From Nitrososphaeria archaeon (GTDB taxonomy: Archaea; Thermoproteota; Nitrososphaeria; Nitrososphaerales; JAAOZN01): a stretch of DNA of 64,000 bases. Numbering within the stretch: the stretch's first letter is position 1; each line of letters starts with the position of its first letter. The DNA is taken from assembly GCA_029775855.1 (NCBI GenBank), contig JARVJZ010000004.1, positions 88,589-152,588 of the forward strand, in the 5' to 3' direction. Made by a program: the position numbers and the translations under genes. The notes beneath the pieces were generated by a model that made no database searches, was not told the DNA's origin, and saw only the letters and a list, made by a program, of their open reading frames with translations. Shown here one piece after another: positions 1-9,588 of this stretch.

Positions 1-474
1 ATTAACTACAGATTCCTTCTTATAATGAAGGATGTATCTTTGCAGTTCGGAGACCAAATCTTTATTCGAAATAAGGCTGAGTATAAACGGTCTAGAAGCT
101 TTAACACTAAAGAATGTAAAAGTATGCCTCCTTAAAGTATCAAGGTATTCTTCACCAGACCTCGACCTTTCAAGATCTTCGACAAAATCCTCAAAGCTTT
201 GAAGTTCATCATAACAGAACGCTTGAGGAAAGAGCTCAAGGGCATCAATAACCAGACCCTTTCCATCCTTCCAAGGAGTGATCCAAGCAGAGTAGTAGAT
301 TTTAGATACAAGGGCGATCTTTGAGGCGTATCTAGATTTCTTAAATAGACGTTTACACTCTTGCTCAAGGAAAAGGAAGAATAGAGCAGATTCTACGTCT
401 TTTGTGAACCCTTTTATCCATCCCTTCTTATCTTCGTCAAGCGCATATGGTAGTATAATCGGTGTTTCCTCCAA
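1..474 (-). CDS. Hypothetical protein, 5' part only (runs off the window edge)
   Basis: Manual translation gives an open frame from TTG at 474 to base 1 (MEETPIILPYALDEDKKGWIKGFTKDVESALFF...KIYYSAWITPWKDGKGLVIDAL...). Not in the ORF track because it is truncated. Confidence 0.7.
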   Translation of the reverse strand, partial: MEETPIILPYALDEDKKGWIKGFTKDVESALFFLFLEQECKRLFKKSRYASKIALVSKIYYSAWITPWKDGKGLVIDALELFPQAFCYDELQSFEDFVEDLERSRSGEEYLDTLRRHTFTFFSVKASRPFILSLISNKDLVSELQRYILHYKKESVVN

Positions 475-647
475 TACTAAAAGCCTCTATTTGCCTTCTT
501 AGAAGGGCTGAGCTAATAAGGTTTTCCTGAACAATGTAAAGCTCTCTATAAAACTCATCATTGTTGTAAAGAGTCTACCTTAGGACACTCACACTTGATG
601 AATGGAAAGCTTAAAGTTTAATAGCGGATTTTCGTAGCCTGAGGTAT

Positions 648-932
648 ATGAGTGAAGAGGAGGCCGAAGAGAGCGTCTTCCACAAGAAGCTCAAGGTAAA
701 GTTAAAGGCTAAAGGTAAGGAGGGGAAGATCATCTTCCTCAAAGAATATCTTGAGTTCCTCCTTAAAAACAACCGCACTCTACCACCAGACTTTCCTACC
801 TTCTGCAGAGAAGTTATGGGGTTGGATGAGAGAAACGGCACCATTCACATAAAGATATGGAATGAAAGAAATGAGCTAGTAGAATTTGTGAGATCCATGA
901 ACTACGATTATAGGATAGATCAGTATGACTGA
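648..932 (+). CDS. Small hypothetical protein
   Basis: 94-aa ATG ORF overlapping the start of fae-hps; no motif recognised. Confidence 0.6.
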   Translation: MSEEEAEESVFHKKLKVKLKAKGKEGKIIFLKEYLEFLLKNNRTLPPDFPTFCREVMGLDERNGTIHIKIWNERNELVEFVRSMNYDYRIDQYD

Positions 933-2109
933 CTTTCTGGTAGGAGAAGCGTTAATAGGTGAAGAGCCTGAAGTAGCACATATAGACCTCATCATAGGTA
1001 GTAAGAACGGCCCAGCGGGTCAAGCCTTCGCAAACGCTCTAGCACAACCAAGGCTTGGACATACCCCCATACTCGCAGTGATCAGACCAAACCTACCTAC
1101 TAAACCCTCAACCCTCATAGTTCCAAAGGTTACCATAAGAGATCTTGAAGACGCTGAAAAGGTCTTTGGACCTGCACAGAGCGCAGTCGCTAAAGCTGTT
1201 GCTGACGCCGTTGAAGAGGGTATCATACCTAAGGAGCGAGCTGAAGATTATGTAGTTATAGTTTCTGTCTTCATTCACCCAAAAGGGAAGGACTATCAGC
1301 GAATTTACAGATATAATTACGCTGCAACTAAACTAGCACTCCAGAGGGCTTTGACAAACTTCCCAGATATAGATAAAGTTTTAGAGGAGAAGGATAAAGC
1401 GATACACGGCATGGTGGGCTTTAGAATAAACAACCTTAAGAAGCCTCCTTACTTAGAAGTTGCTTTAGATATCCCAGATTGGAGGCGTGTTGAAGCTATA
1501 ATCAAAGCGCTGCCTAGAAGCGATGCAATAGTTTTAGAGGCAGGTACACCATTAATCAAAAGATATGGTGTTGAAGTTATTCAAAAGATTCATCAGCTTA
1601 GACCCGAATCTGTTGTAATCGCTGATATGAAGACGCTTGATGTGGGAAATATTGAAGCAAGAATGGCTGGGGACGCTACCGCAGATGTCGTAGGTTTCTC
1701 AGCGCTCGCACCCATAAAGACGATAGAGCGGTTTATAGACGAATGCAAAAAGATCGGCACACTATCACTTATGGACACCATAAACGTTCCGAACCCAATA
1801 GAGGTACTCAAGAAGCTGAAGGTGAAGCCTGATATCGTCGAGATCCATAGGGCTATAGACGTCGAAGACGAAGCATACGCGTGGGGCAACATCAAAGAAA
1901 TAAGAGAAGTCTGCGGCAAAGTATTGATAGCGGTTGCAGGTGGAATAAGGCTTGAAAGTGTAGAAGCGGCGTTAAAGGCTGGCGCGGACATCCTTGTAGT
2001 TGGCAGAGCGATAACAGCAGCCAAAGATGTTACTGGTGCGGCAAGAGCGTTTCTCCAAAAGATGGGTGTCGAAGAAGTAGACCAATTCAGAGTTATGACA
2101 GACTTCTAA
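925..2109 (+). CDS. fae-hps: Bifunctional formaldehyde-activating enzyme / 3-hexulose-6-phosphate synthase
   Basis: N-terminal Fae motifs ([41 protein letters not shown]) and C-terminal HPS barrel ([27 protein letters not shown]). Confidence 0.93.
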   Translation: MTDFLVGEALIGEEPEVAHIDLIIGSKNGPAGQAFANALAQPRLGHTPILAVIRPNLPTKPSTLIVPKVTIRDLEDAEKVFGPAQSAVAKAVADAVEEGIIPKERAEDYVVIVSVFIHPKGKDYQRIYRYNYAATKLALQRALTNFPDIDKVLEEKDKAIHGMVGFRINNLKKPPYLEVALDIPDWRRVEAIIKALPRSDAIVLEAGTPLIKRYGVEVIQKIHQLRPESVVIADMKTLDVGNIEARMAGDATADVVGFSALAPIKTIERFIDECKKIGTLSLMDTINVPNPIEVLKKLKVKPDIVEIHRAIDVEDEAYAWGNIKEIREVCGKVLIAVAGGIRLESVEAALKAGADILVVGRAITAAKDVTGAARAFLQKMGVEEVDQFRVMTDF

Positions 2110-2139
2110 ATCACATCACTCATAACCGTTAAGCATCAT

Positions 2140-2340
2140 CTACTTTATTCGAGCCACTAATGTGATTAATCCTGACACTGCTAGCAAGGCTGAAATTAGG
2201 TAAAATGTAGATGCTACAGAAGGATGAAGTGGAGTAGTTGCTGTAAGATATGCGGTCAACAGCCCCATAACTACGAAGATCAACGCAATCAGCTTAATTA
2301 ATATATTCATTCTTGAGCGGTAGATCTCTTTCTTCTCCAT
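2140..2340 (-). CDS. Small 2-TM membrane protein
   Basis: 3' part of ORF 2140..2619; ATG at 2340 gives 66 aa with two hydrophobic helices and avoids overlapping the + strand gene. Confidence 0.6.
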   Translation of the reverse strand: MEKKEIYRSRMNILIKLIALIFVVMGLLTAYLTATTPLHPSVASTFYLISALLAVSGLITLVARIK

Positions 2341-2452
2341 ATGCCGACTACACCCTATACTGATACTCTTCTTATTCCTTTCTATAATATTTAACTTTAG
2401 GCTGATTCGAACTAAAAGCTTAAGATAGCCTCTAACCCAATATAATACTGAA

Positions 2453-2953
2453 ATGCCTAAAGATGGCTGGGCGGCTTTATACAGAAAATTATCTTTAGTA
2501 AATGCGGTAGTGGCATCAATATGGACGATAATACTTCTACTGCGGATTAAACCCTTCTCATATCTACTACCAATAATTGCTGATGGCGGGCCCGGTACTT
2601 GGCTTATACTTGGATACATTCTCTATGTAATAGTAGGGTTCTGCGGCTTTCTAGGGTTTTCAACGTTCTTTTCACATCTTGAAAGAGCGGGTTATGTGGT
2701 AAATGATAAGCTGACCACTTTTGGTGTTGTAGCGCTTTTTGTAGGCTCCACATCAGCCACAGTCCTCTTAGGGTTAGGCGGGGCTTTGGGTGGCTATGCT
2801 AGGACTGTGCAACACCTACCTCTACATCAAATTCAAGCTATACTAGAGCCGTTCGTCGATGTCATAACCTCTTTCACCATTTTGACGGTTGTAGGTGTTT
2901 TAATTAATGTGGCAGTAATTGCCAGAGCGGAACGGACTCCTAAAGGCGACTAG
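2453..2953 (+). CDS. 4-TM membrane protein, paralog of 3873..4406
   Basis: Four hydrophobic segments; motif IIADGGPGTWLILGYILYVIVG is shared with the downstream paralog. Confidence 0.75.
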   Translation: MPKDGWAALYRKLSLVNAVVASIWTIILLLRIKPFSYLLPIIADGGPGTWLILGYILYVIVGFCGFLGFSTFFSHLERAGYVVNDKLTTFGVVALFVGSTSATVLLGLGGALGGYARTVQHLPLHQIQAILEPFVDVITSFTILTVVGVLINVAVIARAERTPKGD

Positions 2954-3860
2954 CGTGCACTTCATCTGTAAGAATCTATCTATTATTGCGGTGTTTGCAC
3001 TTATTTCGCTAACCTACTACAATGTGTATGCTGAGATTATCGCTAAAGGGGAGGAAGCTGAACCTTGGGTTGAAGTAAGGCTACCTTGGGCGCTTGGTGT
3101 TGTGTTCTCTGACGGCACTCTGCTTGAAAATGGTGTTAGATTAGACTGGAGTAAAGTTTCAAATATAACATTAGTCGCAAAACTGCCTAACATAAGCTGG
3201 ACTGACAACACTATATATCTAATTCTCTCAGCAATGAACATATATGGTGAAGTTATACAAGTAGCGGCGGGTCTTAACCCTAATGAGCAGATGTGGCAAG
3301 TATACGCCTTCTACATAAGCGACATTACACATTATCCTCAAACATATATTTGGATCGCAAACCGCTCTCTGCCGCAGATCATGCCTGGGGAAAGAGTTGC
3401 CCTTGCGCTGCATCTAATCGAAGATGAGGGTTGGCGTTTTACTGCACAGAACCTTAACACGGGAGATGCATCTAACGGGTTATTTCCAGCCGGTAAAGTT
3501 AGACTTAAAAACGGAGAGCATGAGGTCTTCGCATTAGAATCATACACCACAAACCCAATTGTGTTCAGGGAGATGGATGAAGCTGTTCTTGAAGGCATCT
3601 ACGTAGATGGATTTAAGATCGTAGGTGAAGGATATCTGCTTGGAGGCTGGGATCCTCTACATAAACCGCTTTTCTTAGTAGGTGGCGGAAACGTACCTGG
3701 CTTCATATCGGTAGTGAAGAGTTCGAACCAATATAAGTGGGTTTACAGCCAAGCCGAATCTTGGGAATCCTCTGTTGCACCGCTCTATGTAGGCTTAGCA
3801 TATGCATCAGCTATAATACTTGTCATAGTATTAGCGGTCGTATTTAAAAAAGAGAAGTGA
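2919..3860 (+). CDS. Secreted, C-terminally anchored beta-rich protein (possibly glutamic peptidase G1-like fold)
   Basis: N-terminal signal-like segment, C-terminal TM plus KKEK. IQVAAG and FALESY resemble the Gln/Glu motifs of eqolisins (weak). True start is probably slightly downstream. Confidence 0.55.
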   Translation: MPERNGLLKATSVHFICKNLSIIAVFALISLTYYNVYAEIIAKGEEAEPWVEVRLPWALGVVFSDGTLLENGVRLDWSKVSNITLVAKLPNISWTDNTIYLILSAMNIYGEVIQVAAGLNPNEQMWQVYAFYISDITHYPQTYIWIANRSLPQIMPGERVALALHLIEDEGWRFTAQNLNTGDASNGLFPAGKVRLKNGEHEVFALESYTTNPIVFREMDEAVLEGIYVDGFKIVGEGYLLGGWDPLHKPLFLVGGGNVPGFISVVKSSNQYKWVYSQAESWESSVAPLYVGLAYASAIILVIVLAVVFKKEK

Positions 3861-3872
3861 TTGAAGCTTCAG

Positions 3873-4406
3873 CTACTTCTTTCTAAGGTAGGTAACTATG
3901 TAGCCAAATCCACCTGCTAAGACGCCAATGCATAAAGCTATTATGAAGTAGCCGATAGGCTCCACATAGCCCGCTATAAGTGGATGCACTTGTCCTGGGT
4001 TTGTAATGCCTAAGCCTCCTAGCTGGGTTGGTTGGAGAGCTTTACCCCCGGTGTAGCCAGCTATCATCAGAAGCCAAGTTGCACCTGCGACCCCAACATT
4101 CATAAGTATAAAGTGAAGGCTTGCCAGCACGTTCCCTAGGCCTTTAAATGGCTTTTTCAAGTTGACTTCGATGTGATGATAGAATAGGCTTGTTACGGCA
4201 ACGCCTATTACCCCGACAACGATGTATGTTATGTAGCCTACAAAGAACCATGTTCCAGCGCTGCCTCCAGCTATTATTCTCGATATAGGAGGTGTCACGA
4301 AAGGTGCTATGATTAGTATTGTCCAAAATAAAGCTCCTGCGCCTTGAGCTACTGCCGCCCATATGAATCTATTTGCCCATTTACTTACGGTAGTTGCTTC
4401 GCTCAT
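3873..4406 (-). CDS. 4-TM membrane protein, paralog of 2453..2953
   Basis: Likely start ATG 4406 (MSEATTVSKWANRF); motif IIAGGSAGTWFFVGYITYIVVG. Confidence 0.75.
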   Translation of the reverse strand: MSEATTVSKWANRFIWAAVAQGAGALFWTILIIAPFVTPPISRIIAGGSAGTWFFVGYITYIVVGVIGVAVTSLFYHHIEVNLKKPFKGLGNVLASLHFILMNVGVAGATWLLMIAGYTGGKALQPTQLGGLGITNPGQVHPLIAGYVEPIGYFIIALCIGVLAGGFGYIVTYLRKK

Positions 4407-4523
4407 ATATTTGGTAATGAACTCTATCATGATATAAACATTACTACTATATTTTTTACAAAAATATATAGAATCCCTAAATTCAGGTGTTTCATCCACC
4501 AATACTAATTTCGTGAAATAATT

Positions 4524-5081
4524 TTATTGGATTGGAGACTTTTCTCCTTGAAGTGCAACAAAACCTTCAGCTCCACCTTCCCTTATAAGCCAGAGTTTGA
4601 AGGCGTAGCCGCATCCACACCTAAGAAGTAGCTGACCTAAGTAGGTATCTTGAGGTGGTACACCAATATCAAGTTGCTTAAACGTCTCTTCTAAGAGTGG
4701 TAGCTTATAAGGTGAAGTTAGAGAAACGATTATCTTACCTCCTTGGTCTACGAGAGTTGAAAGCAGCTTAAAGAGATCGAGATCAACACCTTCAACCGTG
4801 AGATCAACTACTTCACCGCCTTCGAAGAAGATAAGGTAGCAGTAGTCTATATCAAAGTATGAAGGAAGATTTATTGATGCTCTACCTACGCTATAGAAGC
4901 CTTCTATCATCGAATTGATTGAGATCTTACCTTGTTTTAACCCTTTTAGCTGAAAATATCTGCATTCCTTCTCGCGGCCTTTTGGTCTAAGTATCGTAGG
5001 AACGGTCAGCTTGAGGTTTCCAATCTTCTTACCCTCTAAACTCCTTAACCTTTCTTCTGGGTCTTTATATGCTCTCAGCAA
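4524..5081 (-). CDS. DUF1122 family protein
   Basis: C-terminal P..TYLG..L...G...FK.W...EGG.EG...LQGEK pattern typical of DUF1122. Confidence 0.7.
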   Translation of the reverse strand: MLRAYKDPEERLRSLEGKKIGNLKLTVPTILRPKGREKECRYFQLKGLKQGKISINSMIEGFYSVGRASINLPSYFDIDYCYLIFFEGGEVVDLTVEGVDLDLFKLLSTLVDQGGKIIVSLTSPYKLPLLEETFKQLDIGVPPQDTYLGQLLLRCGCGYAFKLWLIREGGAEGFVALQGEKSPIQ

Positions 5082-5096
5082 GTTAGACCCCTACGT

Positions 5097-6164
5097 CTAG
5101 CTGGTACTTGAAAGAATTTTATCAGCGGTTAGGTTCAACACAATCTCGGCTATATCTGTTGCATATTCCGCAGTTCGTTTAATGTCTTCTATTATGAGTC
5201 TAGCGATATATGTCTGCTCCTTGGAGCTTTCTGCATCTATAATCGTTAGAAGTTCCTTAACCATATTATCTACGACTTCTGCGTCAAGTATTAGCCTTTC
5301 AGCGGATTCATAATCTCTTTTAAATAAAGCTTGGCTAGCTCTTTCTAAAAAGCTTACAGCGGTATCACTCAGATTCTTTATGTGGTCAAGTATTTCTGGT
5401 TTAAGTCTATTTTTGAGCTGTAGCACATTCTGCGCTATGCTTACCGCGTGGTCTGCAGTCCTCTCCACACTCTTCACTATAACCCGGTAGCCGAGGCAAT
5501 CTTTTGGCGCTTCTAACCCGATCTTTTCAAGAATCCTTCCGTCTGAAACGGCTTGTTTAAGTTGGCGTATCGTATATAAGCTGAATCTATCTACTTCGTC
5601 ATCAACTCGGATGACACCCTTAGCTACTTCATAATCAAATTCGGTTAGAGCGGTAAGGGCATCTCTATGCATAGATGCTGCTATAAGGAACATTCTCCTT
5701 AGAGCGTTCTCAACATTTAACTCAGGAACGCCTAGAAAGACTTGCAAGGTTATGTAGTTAGTTGACTCATCTACCACCTCAACACCAATAAGACTTTCAC
5801 GTACGGTATCCTTAACAACTTCTTTATGCTGCAGATCAAATCTTCCATCCTTTGCCTTGACTTGAATTATGCGATATCCAAGTAGGTAGGCTGATATTAT
5901 TCTCCTGATTAGTGAGTGGGGGTGTTCTTTGTTTGAAGTCTCGATAACCGCTTTATCCTTAAGCTGCGTTGGCATATGATCCCGGTGCGTAATAATTAAC
6001 GCTTTAGGTCCATATCTTGCGACGGTCAGTTCACTTCCTGCTTTGAGCTTCATCTCATCTACCCAACGTTTTGGGAGAGCTATAATATAGGATGATTTCC
6101 CTGAGAACTGGATTCTTCTTGTCCAATAATTTAAGGGTTCATGCTCTTTTATTTCCTCAACCAT
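5097..6164 (-). CDS. AbrB-domain / double PhoU phosphate uptake regulator
   Basis: N-terminal RRIQFSGKSSYIIALPKRW (AbrB-like) and two PhoU repeats (DDEVDRF, ERTADHA); divergent from pstCAB. Confidence 0.9.
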   Translation of the reverse strand: MVEEIKEHEPLNYWTRRIQFSGKSSYIIALPKRWVDEMKLKAGSELTVARYGPKALIITHRDHMPTQLKDKAVIETSNKEHPHSLIRRIISAYLLGYRIIQVKAKDGRFDLQHKEVVKDTVRESLIGVEVVDESTNYITLQVFLGVPELNVENALRRMFLIAASMHRDALTALTEFDYEVAKGVIRVDDEVDRFSLYTIRQLKQAVSDGRILEKIGLEAPKDCLGYRVIVKSVERTADHAVSIAQNVLQLKNRLKPEILDHIKNLSDTAVSFLERASQALFKRDYESAERLILDAEVVDNMVKELLTIIDAESSKEQTYIARLIIEDIKRTAEYATDIAEIVLNLTADKILSSTS

Positions 6165-6254
6165 ACATTTCTTCAGGATATATAGTTCAATAAGCCATAT
6201 ATGTTTTACTTGTCAACACCATATATACTCCATAATCACAAACTGTAGAAGAAT

Positions 6255-7268
6255 ATGCAGCACAACGACGCACAGTTATCACTAAACCAAAAGAAAAAAT
6301 TTGTTACCACCTTCTTCTTTCTACAGCATCTAAAAAGAAGCATAAAGGGCGATAACCTCTTCATAGTCGTAACTGCTGCGGCATCATCTAGCATAATCAT
6401 AATAATGGCTCTGATGATCTTTAAGATCTACGATGGGGCTGCACCCGTCTTTGAACGATTTGGGGTAAATTTCCTAACCGGTTTAGAATGGAATCCAGTA
6501 GAGGGAATGGAGGCTTATGGTGCTCTACCATACCTCTTAGGTACAATCACCACATCAGCCATAGCGCTTGTTGTTGGTGTTCCGATAAGTTTAGGTGTAG
6601 CCATCTTTTTGGCTGAGATCGCTCCGAGCAGCATTAGAGCGCCTCTATCATACATTATCGAGCTGTTAGCAGCCGTCCCAAGTGTTATCTATGGGCTCTG
6701 GGGAGTGTTTGTATTCAGATTCTGGGTTAGGGATCTGATAGAAAAGCCGCTATCAACTTATTTAGGTTTCGTACCTATATTCAGCGGCACACCATATGGG
6801 TTAAGCATACTTAGCGGCGGGCTTATCCTATCCATTATGATAATTCCAACGGTTTCAGCGGTCTGCAGAGAGGTTCTTCTATCTGTGCCAGCTACACAAA
6901 GAGATGCAGCATATAGCTTAGGTGCAACGAGATGGGAAGCTATAAGAATTGGGGTGCTGAGTTATGCTCGAGCAGGCATAATAGGCGCAATAATCTTAGG
7001 TTTAGGTAGAGCGGTTGGAGAAACGATGGCTGTAACTATGGTTATAGGGAACGCTATTGGTCCTTCCGCGCTACCAACCTCGCTCCTAAAAGCTGGGCAA
7101 ACCATGGCATCCCTTATTGCCAACGAGTTTAATGAAGCAGACCCAGTTTCTCTTCACCCATCAGCCCTTATAGGAGTAGGGTTCATACTACTACTTTCAG
7201 CTCTTTTGATAAATGTTGCAGCTCAAATACTCATATATCGTGTGAGGATGAAGGGAGTTGTGGAGTAA
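6255..7268 (+). CDS. pstC: Phosphate ABC permease PstC
   Basis: IELLAAVPSVIYGLWG, GLGRAVGETMAV, TMASLIANEFNEA. Confidence 0.93.
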   Translation: MQHNDAQLSLNQKKKFVTTFFFLQHLKRSIKGDNLFIVVTAAASSSIIIIMALMIFKIYDGAAPVFERFGVNFLTGLEWNPVEGMEAYGALPYLLGTITTSAIALVVGVPISLGVAIFLAEIAPSSIRAPLSYIIELLAAVPSVIYGLWGVFVFRFWVRDLIEKPLSTYLGFVPIFSGTPYGLSILSGGLILSIMIIPTVSAVCREVLLSVPATQRDAAYSLGATRWEAIRIGVLSYARAGIIGAIILGLGRAVGETMAVTMVIGNAIGPSALPTSLLKAGQTMASLIANEFNEADPVSLHPSALIGVGFILLLSALLINVAAQILIYRVRMKGVVE

Positions 7269-8118
7269 AACAAACTACAAGATAAGAAAGTTCAAAGATC
7301 GACTCATAATCAGCCTAACCGTTTTATGCGTAATTCTCGCGATTATTCCACTTACAAGCATATTGATTGAAGTCGTGGTGCGTGGACTACCCGCAATCTC
7401 AATAGAATTTCTAACATCCCCACCAGGTGTCATAGGACAAGCAGGAGGAGGGATCGCTAACGCCATTCAAGGAACACTCATTCTAATAGGGTTATCTTCC
7501 CTTATAGGTGTACCCTTAGGAGTATTAGCTGGAGTTTATCTTGCTGAGTTTGGGGATAATCCATTTGGTAGAGTGATCCGCTTCTTCAACGACGTTTTGA
7601 TGCAGATGCCATCGATTGTGATTGGAATATTTGTGTATATTTTGGTTGTGCTTGCTCTAGGTCGGTTTTCTTCTCTTGCTGGCGCGGTAGCTCTATCCAT
7701 CATAATGCTCCCAATTGTTGTGAAGACAACGGAAGAATCGATTAGGCTTGTCCCCAATCTTATACGTGAAGCTGCGTTGGGACTTGGTCTAAGAAGGTGG
7801 AGGGTAACCTTGAGCATAGTAGTTGTGGCTGCGAAAAGTGGAGTGATAACTGGTATCATGCTTGCAGTGGCAAGAATAGCTGGAGAGACTGCGCCACTCA
7901 TAATGACTGTTCTGGGCAACCAATGGTTCGTTTCAAGCCTATTTGAACCAATAGACGCGATTCCCCTTAGAATATGGCGACTAGCGCTACTTCCCTACGA
8001 TTACGCGCACCAACAAGGCTGGGGTGCTGCATTGGTTTTAATAACTATTGTGTTAGTTCTGAATGTGGCTGTGAAGGCTTTAACTAGGACAAAATTTAGT
8101 GGTAGGGTGAGAGTTTGA
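7258..8118 (+). CDS. pstA: Phosphate ABC permease PstA
   Basis: [20 protein letters not shown]; second permease of the operon. Confidence 0.93.
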   Translation: MWSKTNYKIRKFKDRLIISLTVLCVILAIIPLTSILIEVVVRGLPAISIEFLTSPPGVIGQAGGGIANAIQGTLILIGLSSLIGVPLGVLAGVYLAEFGDNPFGRVIRFFNDVLMQMPSIVIGIFVYILVVLALGRFSSLAGAVALSIIMLPIVVKTTEESIRLVPNLIREAALGLGLRRWRVTLSIVVVAAKSGVITGIMLAVARIAGETAPLIMTVLGNQWFVSSLFEPIDAIPLRIWRLALLPYDYAHQQGWGAALVLITIVLVLNVAVKALTRTKFSGRVRV

Positions 8119-8933
8119 CGCTTAGATTGATAGTTGAAGGTAAGGAGGATAAAAAACCACAACCAACACTTAAACCAGCGTATAAGATTGAGGCAATCGG
8201 TTTAAACGCTTGGTTTGGAAGCAACCATGTGCTTAAAGATATAAACCTAAAGATTAAACCGAATACTATAACCGCTGTAATAGGGCCTTCTGGCTGTGGG
8301 AAGTCAACACTCATCAGATGCTTCAATCGAATGCACGAGCTTGTCCCTAATGCCAAAGTTTCAGGCAAAGTCTATCTTGATGGAGAAGATATCTACGCCC
8401 CAGGTGTAGATCCAGTCACCGTTAGAAGGAGAGTTGGCATGGTCTTCCAAAAGCCTAACCCCTTTCCAACGATGTCCGTCTACGACAATGTAGCCGTAGG
8501 TCTTAAGCTCGCTGGAGTTAGAAACAAACAGATTCTCGATAAGATTGTTAAAGAGAGCCTTGAAGCTGCATGGCTATGGGAAGAGGTGAAAGATGATCTT
8601 AATAAGTCTGGTGCGGCTCTCTCTGGCGGGCAGCAGCAAAGGCTCTGTATAGCACGCGCGCTTGCTGTTAAGCCTGAGGTTATACTGATGGATGAGCCTT
8701 GCTCTGCTTTAGACCCGATAGCTACGGCTAAGATAGAGCAGCTTATGGTCAAGTTGAAGGATGAGTATACTGTTGTTATAGTTACACACAACATGCAGCA
8801 AGCTGCGCGTGTAGCAGATTATACTGCTTTCCTATACCTCGGTAGGCTGATAGAGTACGGAGAGACCGCTCAGATCTTTGAGAACCCGCGTGAGGAGTTG
8901 ACTGAGAAGTATATAACCGGCAAGTTCGGGTAG
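8115..8933 (+). CDS. pstB: Phosphate ABC ATPase PstB
   Basis: [40 protein letters not shown]. Confidence 0.95.
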   Translation: MTLRLIVEGKEDKKPQPTLKPAYKIEAIGLNAWFGSNHVLKDINLKIKPNTITAVIGPSGCGKSTLIRCFNRMHELVPNAKVSGKVYLDGEDIYAPGVDPVTVRRRVGMVFQKPNPFPTMSVYDNVAVGLKLAGVRNKQILDKIVKESLEAAWLWEEVKDDLNKSGAALSGGQQQRLCIARALAVKPEVILMDEPCSALDPIATAKIEQLMVKLKDEYTVVIVTHNMQQAARVADYTAFLYLGRLIEYGETAQIFENPREELTEKYITGKFG

Positions 8934-8942
8934 TGTTTAGAC

Positions 8943-9587
8943 TTGGTTAGACTACTTGACATAGGGTTAGAGCGGCTTAAGAATATGCTGATTGATATGG
9001 GTACCTTCTCAGAGAAGACCGTCACAACAGCCATCGACGCCTACACTCAAGGTAAGAACCTTGTGAATGAGGTATATACAGCTTCGGAGAGACTCAGGAT
9101 GCTTGAGGAAGAGGTAAGTGAACTGGCCATAGAACTATTGGCGAGGTATCAACCTGTTGCGTCGGACCTCCGTTTTATAAAGTCTTGCCTCGAGATAGCA
9201 TACGGCTTCACAAGATTCGGTAGATATGCTTACGATATAATGCAGGTTAGAAGCGTGTTTGGAGACCTCTCTAAATGTGATACCAAACCCATAGAGGAGG
9301 CGGGTAAGCACGCCAAAGAAATGATTCAACTCAGCATAAAGGCTTTTATAGAACGAGACATAACTATGTCTAAGAAACTCAAGGAGATGGATAGTATAAT
9401 CGACAACCTATACCTTCAGTATGTTAAGAACGCTGCTGAAAAGCGAGACCAAGACATCAGATGCACTATAGCCGCCACACTTATTCTGAGGTATCTAGAG
9501 AGGATATCTGACCACGCTACATATATTGCAGATTCAGTCGCATACATAAAGTCAGGCACTAAAGCGTCAAGACGGGCTATTGGTTAA
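8943..9587 (+). CDS. phoU: Phosphate signalling protein PhoU
   Basis: YQPVASDLR, YLERISDHA; directly after pstB. Confidence 0.9.
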   Translation: MVRLLDIGLERLKNMLIDMGTFSEKTVTTAIDAYTQGKNLVNEVYTASERLRMLEEEVSELAIELLARYQPVASDLRFIKSCLEIAYGFTRFGRYAYDIMQVRSVFGDLSKCDTKPIEEAGKHAKEMIQLSIKAFIERDITMSKKLKEMDSIIDNLYLQYVKNAAEKRDQDIRCTIAATLILRYLERISDHATYIADSVAYIKSGTKASRRAIG

Positions 9588-9588
9588 G

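Noticed and set aside
132-368. 78-aa ORF in the track
   Set aside because: It is an out-of-frame shadow of the longer edge-truncated ORF 1..474 on the same strand.
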